A stretch of 60,366 nucleotides of DNA, the filler included, from Hausera hauseri (Eukaryota), in NCBI GenBank assembly GCA_046269625.1. It is 9 parts of 9 records of this genome, joined end to end, with 100 filler letters (N's around TTAATTAATTAA, not from the genome) between each part and the next. Parts side by side here need not be neighbours in the genome. Positions count along the whole stretch, not along the records: positions 1 to 9,308 come from JBJURY010407699.1; positions 9,409 to 15,024 come from JBJURY010220186.1; 7 more parts are not named here. One strand, written 5' to 3'. The notes beneath the pieces are model-generated. The model was not told the origin of the DNA, ran no database searches, and saw nothing but the letters and a program-made list of their open reading frames with translations. A program made the translations under genes and the position numbers. Positions 1 to 12,713 of the stretch are shown here, piece after piece. Positions within the stretch are counted from its first letter, which is position 1, and every line of letters starts with the position of its first letter.

Positions 1-1159
1 ATAATTAACAATTGGTGTACAAACTGGTCAGAAATTTGGAAGCTATTCGATATTTTGCTCAAACTTCAAATTACGTAGTTATGGAATTCGTACAAATTTG
101 ACTCTCTCGTACTCAAAAAATGTCGGATGAAATCTGTCGAATATTTATTTACCATCGTATGGAATGAATGTTTAACACAAAATAGTAGATGAATCAAACT
201 GGTCGATTTTTATTGACGGATAAAAATCGATTTATTTACGCAATTTCCAACAACATACTTTAAATTTGGTTTTATTCGAATTGTAAAATATCATTTTACG
301 GACTTACAAGTACAAAACATTAATACAAAGGACAATGCCTAAATTGATTAAATATCTGACAACATGACACACGAAAGAACCAGTAGGAAAACTTTCATCA
401 ATTCATGTAAGAAACTATCTATTTTTTAAATGAATAGCAACTGTCCAAATGCTTCTAATTTAATTAAACAACAGTTTTGATTAAATTGAATGTATTAATG
501 AAAATGTATTCCGTACATTCAGTACATTTTCAATTCTTTGGTCACTCACAATTTGAAAATAGCAAAATTAAATACCGAAGCACTATAATTCGAACATTAC
601 GTTTTCACGAATTATGTATTGTCTGAAAATATACTAGTACCGAATATATTTACTTCGTCGGTACACCAGATCACATAGAAGGCCGTTAATGAAGAATGTC
701 CACTGGTTAACTTGTCAGAGAGATTAACAAAGAACAGAATGCAAACAGAGTTTATTAGTAGTTATCAACTATCTTCGTGATATTAAACAACGTACATCGG
801 AAAGTGATTGATTGGAATTGTATAGTGCTGCAAATTTGTCCAATAAGCCCGACTGTCTATGGCATAATTTTAAATCAAATAGTCAACAATTTGGAATATG
901 CATTAGATAGCTAACGAGATGGTTATTAGCACATTTCAACACCAAAAGATGTCTAAAATAAACGTTTTAAACTATGTTTAAAACATGTAATAATCTAGTT
1001 AACCCATATTGGTCAACTGCAATCAAACGAATACAAAAATTTACCCATAGTTTAGTCTTGGAATTATATAAGACAAAAATATATTAACAAATAGAAGAAT
1101 CAACAACACATTTTCATCCTTTTAATTTATTCTTATTGTCATTATATTACCTAGCTAAT

Positions 1160-1647
1160 CAGTGTCGTGCCCAGGATTCTCCAAAGGTGGTGTTACGTAA
1201 CGCCTATTGCATAACATCAAGGGTTTCCGGCATAAATTGTTCCCCATATGTAACTTCTGCTTTACAGTACTTCTTGCATAAGTGGTTCTCCATATGTAAC
1301 TTCTGTTTTACTGCACTTCTTGCATAAGTGGTTCTCCATATGTAACTTTTGTTTTACTGCACTTCTTGCATGCATGGTTCTCCATATGTAACTTCTGTTT
1401 TACTGCACTTCTTGCATAAGTGGTTCTCCATATGTAACTTCTGTTTTGCTGTACTTCTTGCATAAGTGGTCCCCAGTATGAAATTTTCAAATTTATTCAA
1501 AACGTACAGAACGTTTTCAAATTTAAAACATACCCAAAAATTAGATTATTTAGGCGATAAATTATATGAAAAAAAATTGCAGTCAGATTGCATGGTGGTT
1601 TTAACTCTTCCTCCCTTCACCCCCCCCCACCCATCGGCACGACACTA
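1160..1647. mobile_element. MITE-like element with 12-bp terminal inverted repeats and an internal tandem array
   Basis: CAGTGTCGTGCC at 1160 and GGCACGACACTA ending at 1647 are inverted (11/12). No convincing TSD. Confidence 0.55.
1236..1475 (+). repeat. 46-bp minisatellite, about 5 copies
   Basis: Unit GTGGTTCTCCATATGTAACTTCTGTTTTACTGCACTTCTTGCATAA starts at ~1236, 1282, 1328, 1374 and 1420, with a partial copy at 1466. Confidence 0.95.
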
Positions 1648-1853
1648 CGATTAAAGATTGGTGACCAGAGTTGAGAAAAACCTCTTGACCAAAAAGGAAG
1701 CTACAAAAAACGGAGCGTCACTGAGTGTTATGGAATATTACGGTGAAAAATCAAATTTTTTATTTCATAAATTGCGATCATTGGTAAGAAAATTTACTAC
1801 CAAAATTATTGATAATGTTAAAAATATACTCATAACAAAATTCGTAATTTTAC

Positions 1854-2685
1854 CGATAAGGAATTCCGATAGAGAGCAGCGAATCCAGTCGACGGAAAAG
1901 ACGTAGCAATCACCCTATCTGAAAACATACGCAATCCGACAAAACAACACACCATTCAAACGTACTCGTAATGTAACAAAGATCCAAATCATATCCATCC
2001 AGTCGATATCGCCGTTTGTTCTGTGACGTAATGTACCGGCTGGCATTGAGAAAATTGTCCTTGTTGATGACGGTCCTAAGGAGATTGACAGTACGCAACA
2101 CCCGGAACAGACGTAACACGATGAATGCATTGAGATTGCTCATCGACACCAAAGTAACAATACTGGCAATAAAATTCACCAAAACAATAACAAAATCGAC
2201 GACATTGATCCAATTGCGGAAGAATGTACGCAAACTGAATATAAATGCAAATGAGTCACCAATCGGTAATTTATATCAGCATGCAAATTTGTCACCGACT
2301 AAAGTCCGACAGTCGGTAGTCATTATCATCTTTGTCATACAAAATATCGTTAACAATACATAACGTACGTCTGTGTATCGATAACAAACATACATACGGA
2401 TAATTAAATTCTTGAATAATAAATTAATTACCCAAATCCGTATATTCGGCATACAACTTCAATAACGTAAAAACATGAAAATCCAAGTGAAACATAGTCA
2501 TAAATATCGGTATTTTTCGCTAAAGAAACAAATGCAAAACAAACATCGATAATAATTACGACCAGAACAAAAATTTTTGTCACCAAATGTTCCGTTAATT
2601 GCCTTGCTAACAAACGACTTTTTGACCATATTGATATTCGCTTTCCAGAATCCGTAACATCAATGGTTTCGTGAAATATTTCCAT
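1854..2685 (-). CDS. TPTE: Voltage-sensing phosphatase (VSP/TPTE family), 5' part: voltage-sensor S1-S4 plus start of the PTEN-like domain
   Basis: Exons 2685-2432, 2234-1966 and 1918-1854 with GT-AG introns. S4 LRLFRVLRTV; linker SQNKRRYRLDGYDLDLCYIT followed by NRVIATSFPSTGFAALYRN matches the PTEN/TPTE N-terminus. Catalytic HCxxGxxR not found. Confidence 0.85.
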
Positions 2686-4732
2686 ACAGTTAAAGTTTAA
2701 ATTAAACAATCGAATTTTTCTATAAATGATAAAAAGGAACCCAGTTAGATGAACATGTAAATAGTGCAATAAAACAAACGGATGATACAAGAGTCGTCTA
2801 TTCAGTACTTGAATGATTTATTTTCATTTATATCAATACTTTAATTTTCAACATAGAAACGAAAACAATTAATTATGAATATATATTTCATCATTAATTT
2901 TTATTTATGCATAATTATAAATATCACAATAATTATACAAAATTACATGTATCCATTACCATGTGATACTATGGAATAATTATAATGAGCTAAAAAGTAC
3001 CATTAGTTAATAGATATTATGTTCTCATAATTACTTGTAAAATTATGCAGTAATAACTAAAACCGATTTACTCTATTTGCATTTGTCATGCTTTAAGCGT
3101 TATATAACCATTAAGCTAAAAATATTTGTCTCTAATGTAAATATCATGCTATTAGTCCATAGCAACGGAATTATAATTTTTATCACAAAAATTAAAAAGT
3201 CTCAAATACGGCATATAATATCAATAAATTTATTATTAATTCAGTGAAACGGCATGGGATACTGTGGGTGAGAATGCTATATAGATTAATTAGATGGAGA
3301 CAAATAATGGAGAAATTAAATTAAGACGCAGATTAATCAGAGGGTTAATCGTACCACCAATATAACCCACAAATTGTGTAGCTTTATAATACTATTTCGA
3401 TGTTGAAGTGTGGACTATGTGAAAACTGAGTCTCCACAACATCGACCTGGTAGTACTCGAGCAACACCCGAGAATTCATTAAATGCACCATAGCAAGTGT
3501 GGAAACTCTTATTTTCATTTCGATAACACAAAATCACCTCATTAAATATGGAACTTCAGTGGATGCATATATAAAATACCCCGTCTGTTTCTACTATACG
3601 AAATCCGGAGTGCAGTACTTTGGAATTGTTGGGGGTGATGATTTTTTAAAGTTATCCGTACCTAAAACGATTAAGGAAAACCACCCTAATGAGCTTATAA
3701 AATCGTAATAACTGAAATTGATAACTTTATTTCATTATTACGTGAGTAGGAGTAAATGTAAAAACCCGTGTTTGGCCCTCGCAACCCCGTCACAATTACG
3801 TATTTACCAATATTTGTTCCTGTGAGCAGATGAAGAGTCGTGGTTCTCAAACTTTTTTGTTTTCTATGCGGGTTGCTGAATTTAGTATTAAATCAGTAGT
3901 CCCGTGATGCGGTGGATTTCGGAAGCTAAACACTGGTTTTCACATACATTTATATAATATCCAAATCTATTTTGTTGTTTGAATATGACATCTGCATATT
4001 TTTTATTCCTAAAATATTAGTATAATTGTAGAGTTGTAAATATTTCTATATCGATTTATGAGTTTTGCTTACAATATAGATGATTTTAACATCCTTTGAG
4101 ATGCAGTCATGTTATGCCAGTTCTTTATAAAAAAATTAACCTTTTCTTTCAAGGTACAATAATTTTTAAGTTTATCTAATAAATTAATGCAGCGTATGAA
4201 TGAAAATGGCACCTTCAACAAGCTGCCCAAAACATTAATTGTTAATTAATAAGGTAACAAAAACACAAATAAAGTATAATGCAATAATTTTAAAGTACCC
4301 CGTTAAACTATCTATTAAACAATTATTAATTGTTATCCAACACAAATCTGGCACAAAGCACTATAATTATTTTCTAGACAATAAATCAAATAATTAGTTT
4401 TTATACTACTTCTAAAGAAATATTTGTAAAATATCGTTTATGTGAATATAATATTTTAACCATATATATTCAAAATAATTCAAAATTTTTATTAATCCAT
4501 TAAATATTTTGATAACTTGATGGACTCATTATTCATTAAACGTAATTTCATTAGTGTAGAAAATTGAATTGTAAACATACATATGACATACAAGATTGTG
4601 TAACCGGGAAGTTTAAAATACAACCTGATAATTACTAATTACTGGAAATTACTAAGTTAAAATACTAAGTTAAAATACCTTGATAACATATATTCGTTTA
4701 AATATTCACATTATTGAGTTGCATAATTTAAA

Positions 4733-5815
4733 ATGGGCAAGGTTCCAAAGCGAAAGAATGAGAGTGAAACTGAAGTCAAAAGCTCCAAACTTGTGAAATA
4801 TGTTGATTTCAGTTTAGTTACTAAAGATATTAAAAGTATGAAAATAACATTGTTTCAATACTAAAATTTTTAGTGCTAAATGTATTCTACGATTACATGG
4901 ATTTTGAGGAATACGATGTCATTGACGAATTTTTAACCGTAAATAAATTCGAAGAAATGCTTTGGTATTTTTCAAATTTTAAATTTTACAATAGCGAGGA
5001 GGTAAGTATTTTAGGTAATTTTTTATTTTTTATGGTCGTTTAAGCAAACTCTTATATTTAATGTTTGTAAAGAAATTCTCGGACGTATAGTGAATGATTT
5101 GAAGGATAAGTTTTATTTACAAGGACAAGTTTTCGGTGAAGAATTTGTGAAAAATCATATGAATCTTATTTCCAACTTTCTCCGAAGTTTTAAATCCGAC
5201 GAAGGAATGAAAGCATGTAAAATCTTGCCAATATATGTGTATTAATCAGCAATCCAAAATATATAAAAAATTTTTGTACGAATTTCTAATGTCTTTGTCC
5301 TGCTTGAAATTGTCGAAATTCATGTTTTGTAAATCAATTTTAGTTAGATCTTAGTCAATTGCGACGAAATCGTCACAGGATTCTCCAGATTACCTTTCAT
5401 ATTATACTGCTAATTTTAATTAATATTGTTTGAAAATTGTCATTTATGCATTAACTGTTTTATTTGTCACTTTTCGTTTTAGAATTTATAAAATAGACAT
5501 GCAAGCTTTAAATGAACCAACACATATCCAAACCGAAGGATCTCCGAAGTGGACATTGTTTCAGTTATTTTTATCATCATTTTGTTTTTCTCGGTTACGA
5601 CGCTATTTAAATTACCAATTGACTATTATTTTGGAACAGGTTCTTTTTGTTTTGTTACATTTTTACTAATTTGGTGACAGGATGGTCTTTGCTGACACTT
5701 ATTTTCTTTATTTTACTGTTTGTATCGCCGATGATTTACTTGCAAATGAGATATGGGTCGAATTCTCAAGTCGGACTATTAGGCGTTATGGATAAGTATC
5801 TACCATTCGGATTAA
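4733..5815 (+). CDS. URB1/Npa1-like nucleolar pre-ribosomal protein, N-terminal part, multi-exon
   Basis: Spliced through ~40-bp introns: MGKVPKRK...YDVIDEFL...EQTLIFNVCKEILGRIVNDL...G...NHMNLISNFL, resembling the URB1 N-terminus as I recall it (MGVPKRK...YDVVE...ETMLIFQV..ILLR..SDL...NHMKLI). 3' end approximate. Confidence 0.55.
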
Positions 5816-6899
5816 GTAAGTAATAGAATTTTCAGGTTTTTCTAATAAAGTTAATTTATGTTATTAATTCGTAATGTGATTTATAAACTTGTTAATTTCA
5901 AATTAGAAAAAGTTTATTTATATAAATGAAATTCTGGAAATGGTTCACAAATTTCGATATCTGTATAAATAAACTGCCCCTTTTGTTGATTCTTCATCTG
6001 TGTATTGTTACTTGTAACAAAACTTTTGATGCACATAAAAATTATAATATAAAAATATATCTCCGAATTCCTCCGCCATATAATCGTCATGTCCCGCTGA
6101 TAACCGCAAATTTCTATGAGAACCTGAGGAGACGGGATATTTCTCTTCTTAGGCATAATCTCCTGTTGGTAAATCGAAAATTTATCTGCCTCCAACGCGA
6201 ACTTCCGGTTTTTGTGTCATACTTTCTCTATTTTTGAACAATTCATTTCCATCTGAATCTTAAAACGGGTTCATGTCTGAGTATTTTATGTCTCCCCACA
6301 CCCAATTACTTTGTTTTGGTTTAACTTTCGCGTTATTACCTGGTCAAAACTTTGCCTTTTTGTTTTCCTTAAATTCCTCAACATCGAGAGTCTTGGAACA
6401 CAAACCATGATTATGGTTGTCTTTTGTTGGTTGGTGTCCCTTGCAGCAACTAACCGTTCTACAATTCGGTTAGTAGAAACATTATTGACTTCTAACAAGG
6501 TAACAAATTTTACCGAGAATACTAAAATAACACATTCGGAACCTTTAAATGATAGCATTTCGCACTTTTTTAAACATCCCCCCACTATGCTTAGAAATTT
6601 TGAACTTTGACAACGTTTTCGTTCCTTTTTCGTGCTGTTTTTTAATATTCGATTTATAATATTTTGTACTTATTGTACTTAAGAAATCTTGATGACAGTA
6701 TGTATATGGATATTTTTACAGTATACTACAAATAATAATTTAATATTTATTTATATAACAGAATAATAATCCTAGTGACTGTTCTCATTACATACATTTA
6801 TCATTAAAATAAATTCGAAATAAAACTGTGCTTAAAAATGTAGCAAAATAAACAAGTATGGTTAGTAAAAATGCTTCAAACCAAACACCAAAGATTTAT

Positions 6900-7355
6900 T
6901 TACATAAATGCGTCTTCACCCAGGCCTTTCCAAGAGTCATTAGCCAATCTTGTAATATCTGAAACTGAAATCAGCTTTCTGTCTGAATTATAAATATCTA
7001 CATTCTGCCGGATTGTTTTGCATTGACTGCAACTATTCAAGCCCAACTTTATAAAACAGTTTAGGCACTGGTGATGTTGCTTGAAGCAGGCAACCACTGA
7101 ATATTCTACAACGGGAGACCAGCAAACGACACATCCATTATCTGGTAGCTTCTTTAATCTTGTTATCGAGCAGGATTTGATGCTGAGTCCATCTGGAGTG
7201 TAAATTGTGCATCTTCTGTTTGCATTGCGACACACTGGACATGTTGGACTCTGTTGAAACCAATCGACGATACAATTAAGGCAGTGATGGTGTCTGCATT
7301 TATGCAAACGGACATTGAAGCCAGTGATAGTTTCTAAGCAGATTGAACAACTCAT
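6900..7355 (-). CDS. Intronless double RING-finger protein (putative E3 ligase)
   Basis: CSIC..CRHHHCLNC..DW..CPVC (C3HC4) followed by a second, degenerate CVVC..C..HHQCLNC..CSQC. ATG at 7355. Confidence 0.8.
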   Translation of the reverse strand: MSCSICLETITGFNVRLHKCRHHHCLNCIVDWFQQSPTCPVCRNANRRCTIYTPDGLSIKSCSITRLKKLPDNGCVVCWSPVVEYSVVACFKQHHQCLNCFIKLGLNSCSQCKTIRQNVDIYNSDRKLISVSDITRLANDSWKGLGEDAFM

Positions 7356-8944
7356 TTTTTCAAATTTGTCATATCTACTACTTCTTATATGGTAATAATT
7401 AACCAATAGAATTTTGTGTGTGTGTGTGTTTATCATCGAAGAGATGATACAGGACCTTACGAGAACAACTTTCTTTGTAAACATTAATAGGAGAATTTCC
7501 CAAAGCAACAATGACAGCACCTGAAAAAGTTTTCTTCTGGTTTCCATCATCTTCATGTATTGATCCATACTCCCATGCCTTATAGGCTTTCTTCCATGAA
7601 TAAATTTCTACAGGCTTTCGTTGTACCTTTTCGTGCGGATGTTTTCCAGGTCTACCAGTACCACTATAAGGAAAGTTTATGAACGTTCAAATGCATAGTG
7701 GAGAATTGAACAAGTTTTATATCCTTATGAAGACAAATAGTCTGTTACCCAAACGACTGAGATTCGCAGAAGTACACGAGACAAGCATCTACTGGCTCAT
7801 TTGGCCGAATATGAATGCAAGAACTGGGAGGAGTGTTACAGTTCACCAATTACTGAAATTGGTAGAATTAATGTTTTAATAAATTTTATTCCGACTTTCC
7901 AAGACTTTCAAATAAGTAACACTTCAACTTTTGTAACAAATTTATATAAAATTAATTTAATATGCTAATAAGAAGTGGGTAAACCGAGATTATTTTTTTT
8001 CAACTAGTAAAAATTTACAAGCTTCAGTGTATATATTGAAAATTAATTTTGAATGATTCAAAGTTCTCCATATGATAACTTGAAAACTGATGAATAATAA
8101 GAAATTCATAATAGTAACTTGTGTGTGTTTGTCATCATTTAACTTAATGATTACGTAATATTTGGAAAATGACATCATAACCTAAATCCATGTGTCATCA
8201 TTTATATTGAAAATACACACTAATTTGACATCGAATTTCATAATCAATGGAATGGCAGTTAATGAAATGCCATTGCATAACTTCCGACACAAATTGACAT
8301 TTTTAAAAATGTTAACAATTTTACTTGTTGTATTTTGCATTTTTACAGTTTCTCAATCATCGGCATATCCAGTTGGTGTGTTTGCGGACTCCAATACCTT
8401 AAGTGATCTACAAAGTAAAGTGGAAAATAACGTCGACCTGAATGTCAATGACTTGTCAGTATATTCAAGTCATGGAAGAATTGCCATAAATTTATTAACG
8501 TTAAGTATTTAGTATCCAATAGGGATTAAAGGTGTAAAATGATACTACATCCTGTCTGCAATTAAATCGCGAATACCGAATCACAAAGCAAATGCCATAT
8601 GGAACGACCGATGGGAAATAAGATTTTATAACAACATTACCTTCGATTTTTATTGAGATTTTAAAAATACTCAATAAATAGATGCTAAACCGCTTTAAAT
8701 GCAGAGCCCTTTCTTACGTTAGTTAAATTGTAAACGATTACCGGAATTCTTAAAGAATTGTCGTTGTTACAACTTTCATAATTAACTAGAAGACTTTCTT
8801 CAACAAAATAGGCTTTCACTTAAACAAATGAAAATCATAATATATTGACATTTCGGAACAAAATAAGTAGATTAAAAAATAAACAGATAAATCAACCTGT
8901 AAAGCTTAAAACCAAATTTATTTGAACATACAAAAGTTAATCAG

Positions 8945-9308
8945 CTATTTACTAAAATCAACAATATTCTCAGGAACAATCTCAATTTTCTTTGTTTCTT
9001 TGTTGTATAGAAAAATTCCATGAACAAATACTCTAGATCCTATTTTAATGCACTGGGCTTTTGATTCTAAAATTTTATCTTTTATGCATATTTCACTTTT
9101 GAAACGGTTATTGTTCGAATCGGAACCTTTTTGAATACTCAGTACCATAATTAAACTTTCGTTCATTTCGTATAATACGTTAATTCTCTAAAACCATATC
9201 TGACTACTTTTAATTCATGAAGTATTCCAACAAGTTGGATATTGTTGTAAACAATGTTCTTTTTGGAAGTCAAAGAACTTTTCAAATCGTCTGCTATTAG
9301 TTTTAAGT
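8945..9308 (-). CDS. Possible OB-fold/SSB-like protein C-terminal part (truncated at contig end)
   Basis: IKIGSRVFVHGIFLY...IEIVPENI resembles the SSB KGxxVxVxG motif; weak. Confidence 0.3.
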
Positions 9309-9408
9309 NNNNNNNNNNNNNNNNNNNNNNNNNNNNNNNNNNNNNNNNNNNNTTAATTAATTAANNNNNNNNNNNNNNNNNNNNNNNNNNNNNNNNNNNN
9401 NNNNNNNN
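9309..9408. other. Artificial contig linker
   Basis: 44 N + TTAATTAATTAA (stops in all six frames) + 44 N. The same linker is at 15025-15124, 19490-19589, 26904-27003, 34786-34885, 39157-39256, 51800-51899 and 56000-56099. Confidence 0.99.
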
Positions 9409-9555
9409 ATTCTTTGTTATTTGAGATCTGACTAGACGTCTAAAGTTCTTAATCCACACATAGTGTTTCTTTTCTCCATCGTCCAATAGGAGCAGATCTC
9501 TATGATTTTCCAATTCATCACCACATATTTGTAAAGGATAGAATTTTTCCTCCTC
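9409..9555 (-). mobile_element. Polinton/Maverick-like DNA polymerase B-associated fragment
   Basis: FYPLQICGDELENHRDLLLLDDGEKKHYVWIKNFRRLVRSQITK matches the YPL...LLL...HYVWIKNFxRL pattern I recall from Polinton polB N-terminal regions. Confidence 0.55.
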
Positions 9556-11709
9556 ATCATTAAATCTTTTAATTCGTGCAAAACCATCGATAGTGTGGCC
9601 TTTGATACATCCGAACCTAATGATCCTAAAATCATCCTTTCCGAATTGCTTCAAAAAGACGCATTCAGCAACATCCATTCGATTCATCATCCCGGTGCCA
9701 AGGTCACCTTTTGACTGTTGCAACGTTAAGTAGTGTGGATATCGATGCGCTCTGACGTACAGGCATGGGTTAGGCAGTGTGTGACATGCAAAAATAAAAG
9801 TTACTAAGCATTTAAATCCGCCATTATATCATTTTCCCTTCACATCTCGTTTTGAATCTGTTTACATTGATCTTATAAGTCCACTACCCATAGACAACGG
9901 CTATCAGTTTATCTTCACAATGATGGACCGTGCCTCGCGATGACCAAAGGCTGTTCCACTTCGGAGCACCAACACATAAACCATCGCGGGCGTTTTCATC
10001 CGCACTTGGATCAGTAGATTTGGATCACCTCGCCACACCATCTCAAATCAAGGCCCACAGTTTGAATTCAACCTGTTTAAAGCTCTTGTCAATCGACTGG
10101 GAATTAATCATATACACACGTCACCCTATCATCCTCAATCGAATGGCCTTCTCGAACGCTTCCACAAAACGATGAAAACGTCTCTTAAAATCCTTGCTGA
10201 GTCTAATCGCAGTTGGACCACACACCTTCAGTACGTGCTGCCTGGCTGGCGGAACACACCATCTACTTCAACAGGCTGTTCACATGCAGAAGCATTATTT
10301 GGCACTTCTATCAGACCATTATTTCAGCTGGCTGAGCTGGACAATATTCCTACAGACGAAACCATACAAGCGACCCAGAGACACTTTGTTGCGATCAGCA
10401 AAGATTCATTTTGTAGATTTTTAGACGGAGATAAACCCTACATACCCGACGATTTATATACTGTTAAGTTCGTATGGCTAAAAAATCAGACACCGTGTGG
10501 TTTTTAACCTCAGTACACTGGCCCTTACAAAGTAATTCGTTTACATTTCCATAACGTCATTATTTTCAAGGACGCCAAAGAAGTGACAGTCTACATCAAA
10601 AATGTTAAGCCGGCTTCCTTCATTGACTATGTCTTCCATCGAGACCATTTCACCATCAACAACTTTACATGACGGGAAGCAATCCAAAAATTCACCCATT
10701 TCTGTTCAATCCTTTAATCCACTTGCCTCTACTTTTTCTCTCAATTTTTCTACTTCAACTTTTTCTGACAGTTCAGCCCCCTTTTCCCCATCCGATTCTG
10801 CACCTTCAAGCCTCTTAACATTTCCTTCATCTCTTGCTGACAATATGCTTTCTCCTCATATGAGACTTTCTCCGCCAATCACCACTTCTCCTTCACCAAT
10901 CTCTCCATCTACGTTTTTCATCATTTCAACCTCTTGCATCTCACTTTCCAACACCTCTCCTTCACCTTCTTCATTTTCTTACTCTCTTCCGTCTTGTCCC
11001 TCTTCGGCGTCCTCTCTCTCTCTCTTTCTCCTTCCACACCTTCGTCATCGTTGCCGCTCTCTTTTCTCCATTTTCCTAACATGCCAACTTCTACTCCTTT
11101 CATTTCTACTTTACAACTTACTCCTCTCTCAAACTCTAGTCATTTTCATCCTTCGTCTCATTCTCCTTTGACACCTACTTCTTCATTTTTAACTTCACCC
11201 AACACAATCCCAAAACTAACATCGGTTTTACACCACAATCAGCTGCGAACAAACAAACCACGTATACGAGCAAGCAAAACCATAAAATTTAACAAATATT
11301 GCAGAGTAAAATTTTATCAAGGAACTGAGCACCTCGAAACAGTCCACTTTTAAATAAACTTTTACCTTTTTCCGCTTCTGCTTCTCCTTTTGTAGTGCTT
11401 TACAGTTTTTCAACTCAGCCACGGAGGGAGTGATGCGGTGCCTACATGGTTTGCCCCCTTGCAGGACGAGATCGGGGGTTTGTTGTACACCAGTTGACGC
11501 GCAAGTTCGGGATCGAATGCCACTCTTTTCCCCGGGTTTTGTTTGGCGGTTGTTGAATGGTGAAAAGTGCCATATGAAGAACAAGCAGGATCTCAGACTT
11601 CTGAACAGCAGTGGTTTCTCGGGCAGAACTTGTTATAATAAGGCATAAAATCAACACTATTTATGTCTATTCTTTTGCGTTTTGCTTGAGAAAGTGGCAG
11701 GGCAACACA
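9556..11709 (+). mobile_element. Gypsy (CHCC/CsRn1-like, family A) 3' half: degraded integrase, Ser/Pro-rich tail, PPT and 3' LTR
   Basis: Integrase motifs (HPG, YHPQSNGLLERFH, GPY) homologous to 27367-28881. PPT ACGGAGGGAGTGA at ~11421. Confidence 0.9.
11434..11709 (+). repeat. 3' LTR of Gypsy family A
   Basis: Starts TGCGGTGCCTAC right after the PPT and ends GGGCAACACA (imperfect inverted termini). Confidence 0.7.
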
Positions 11710-11993
11710 CGTAGCCGTCGGTGTGCATGCATTTTTGGCGTTTGTTGTACATTTGCATTTATAAATGAACTATATTTTTTGTTATTCGTTTTTTTTCTTG
11801 ATTGGAACTAATTTTGTTTCACAGTGCCAAGTGTTTTGAAAAATGTTCGGACGAAAATAAATCCCTTATTGCTAAAATTCAAAATAGAGCTTTCTTTTTG
11901 TGTAACTGTTTGTAAATTCTTTTTATCTAGCATTAAGACAATTTAAAATATTATCAAGCACAAAATTCCTTGATCTGGGGGTTTGTTTGATGG

Positions 11994-12713
11994 TGTTATA
12001 TATTGGGGTGTCCCTTATACAACTCCCACCATACAACAATAATTAAACTTGAAATTAAATCGCTACTAAGCAGGTAATGTCTAAACGTTCTCGTCTAGAC
12101 AGAGTGTGCCTTATCTTATTTGAAGAATTCAATAGTAGTGCAGACACTCTCTTGCGGTCCTGTGCAATTTATCAGATTCTACTCTTACCTATGTAATTTA
12201 CACTTGAGTTTAAAACTTAGGTAACCTTTAAACACTCTTAATGAGCGGTGTGAAACTATATGAAGATTTTAATACACCCATATATATTCAACAAAAAATA
12301 ACAGTACCAGTTAGGCTAATGACAAGCAGAAATGGATATCGTCAATATTTCAAGTAACTTCGCTTCTGTCTTGGAATTTCAGCTTCCAGTAATTGACACT
12401 TTATAACTGTGCCCGTGACTGAAATGCCTCCTCTCTCAACATTCGCTTCAGTATTTATACTATTTGCTTTTCCATATACGACTAATTAATTGCAATTTAT
12501 GTTCATTTCAATTAGATTTAGAGAATAATAATGGATTATTTCATTGCTTTTCTCACAAATTTCAATTACGGTAAGCTATTTAATGTCTACGAGTCTATTC
12601 AAAATCTAAATCAATTCCGTCTTAATTAATTTACAGCTGTTCAATTTCGCTATATTCATTTTTCAGCGATTTAATTATCAACTAATTAATTATTGTCTGT
12701 TCACTTTATAACA
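11994..12713 (-). repeat. 3' LTR of Gypsy family B
   Basis: On the minus strand begins TGTTATAAAG (12713) and ends TAAGGGACACCCCAATATATAACA (11994); TGTTATA/TATAACA inverted termini. Confidence 0.75.

Noticed and set aside
1-1130. Possible further short-intron exons on the minus strand
   Set aside because: Splice-like signals are present but I could not assemble an open, recognisable protein.
1236-1475. Possible CRISPR array
   Set aside because: Units are contiguous with no unique spacers; eukaryotic context and no cas genes.
9309-9408. Regularly recurring TTAATTAATTAA motif
   Set aside because: Always centred in 44+44 N; an artificial six-frame stop linker.
11270-11320. RVxF PP1-docking motifs (KTIKF, RVKF) in the integrase tail, linking to the captured PP1
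   Set aside because: Short degenerate motif that is not conserved in the homologous tail at ~27150-27200.
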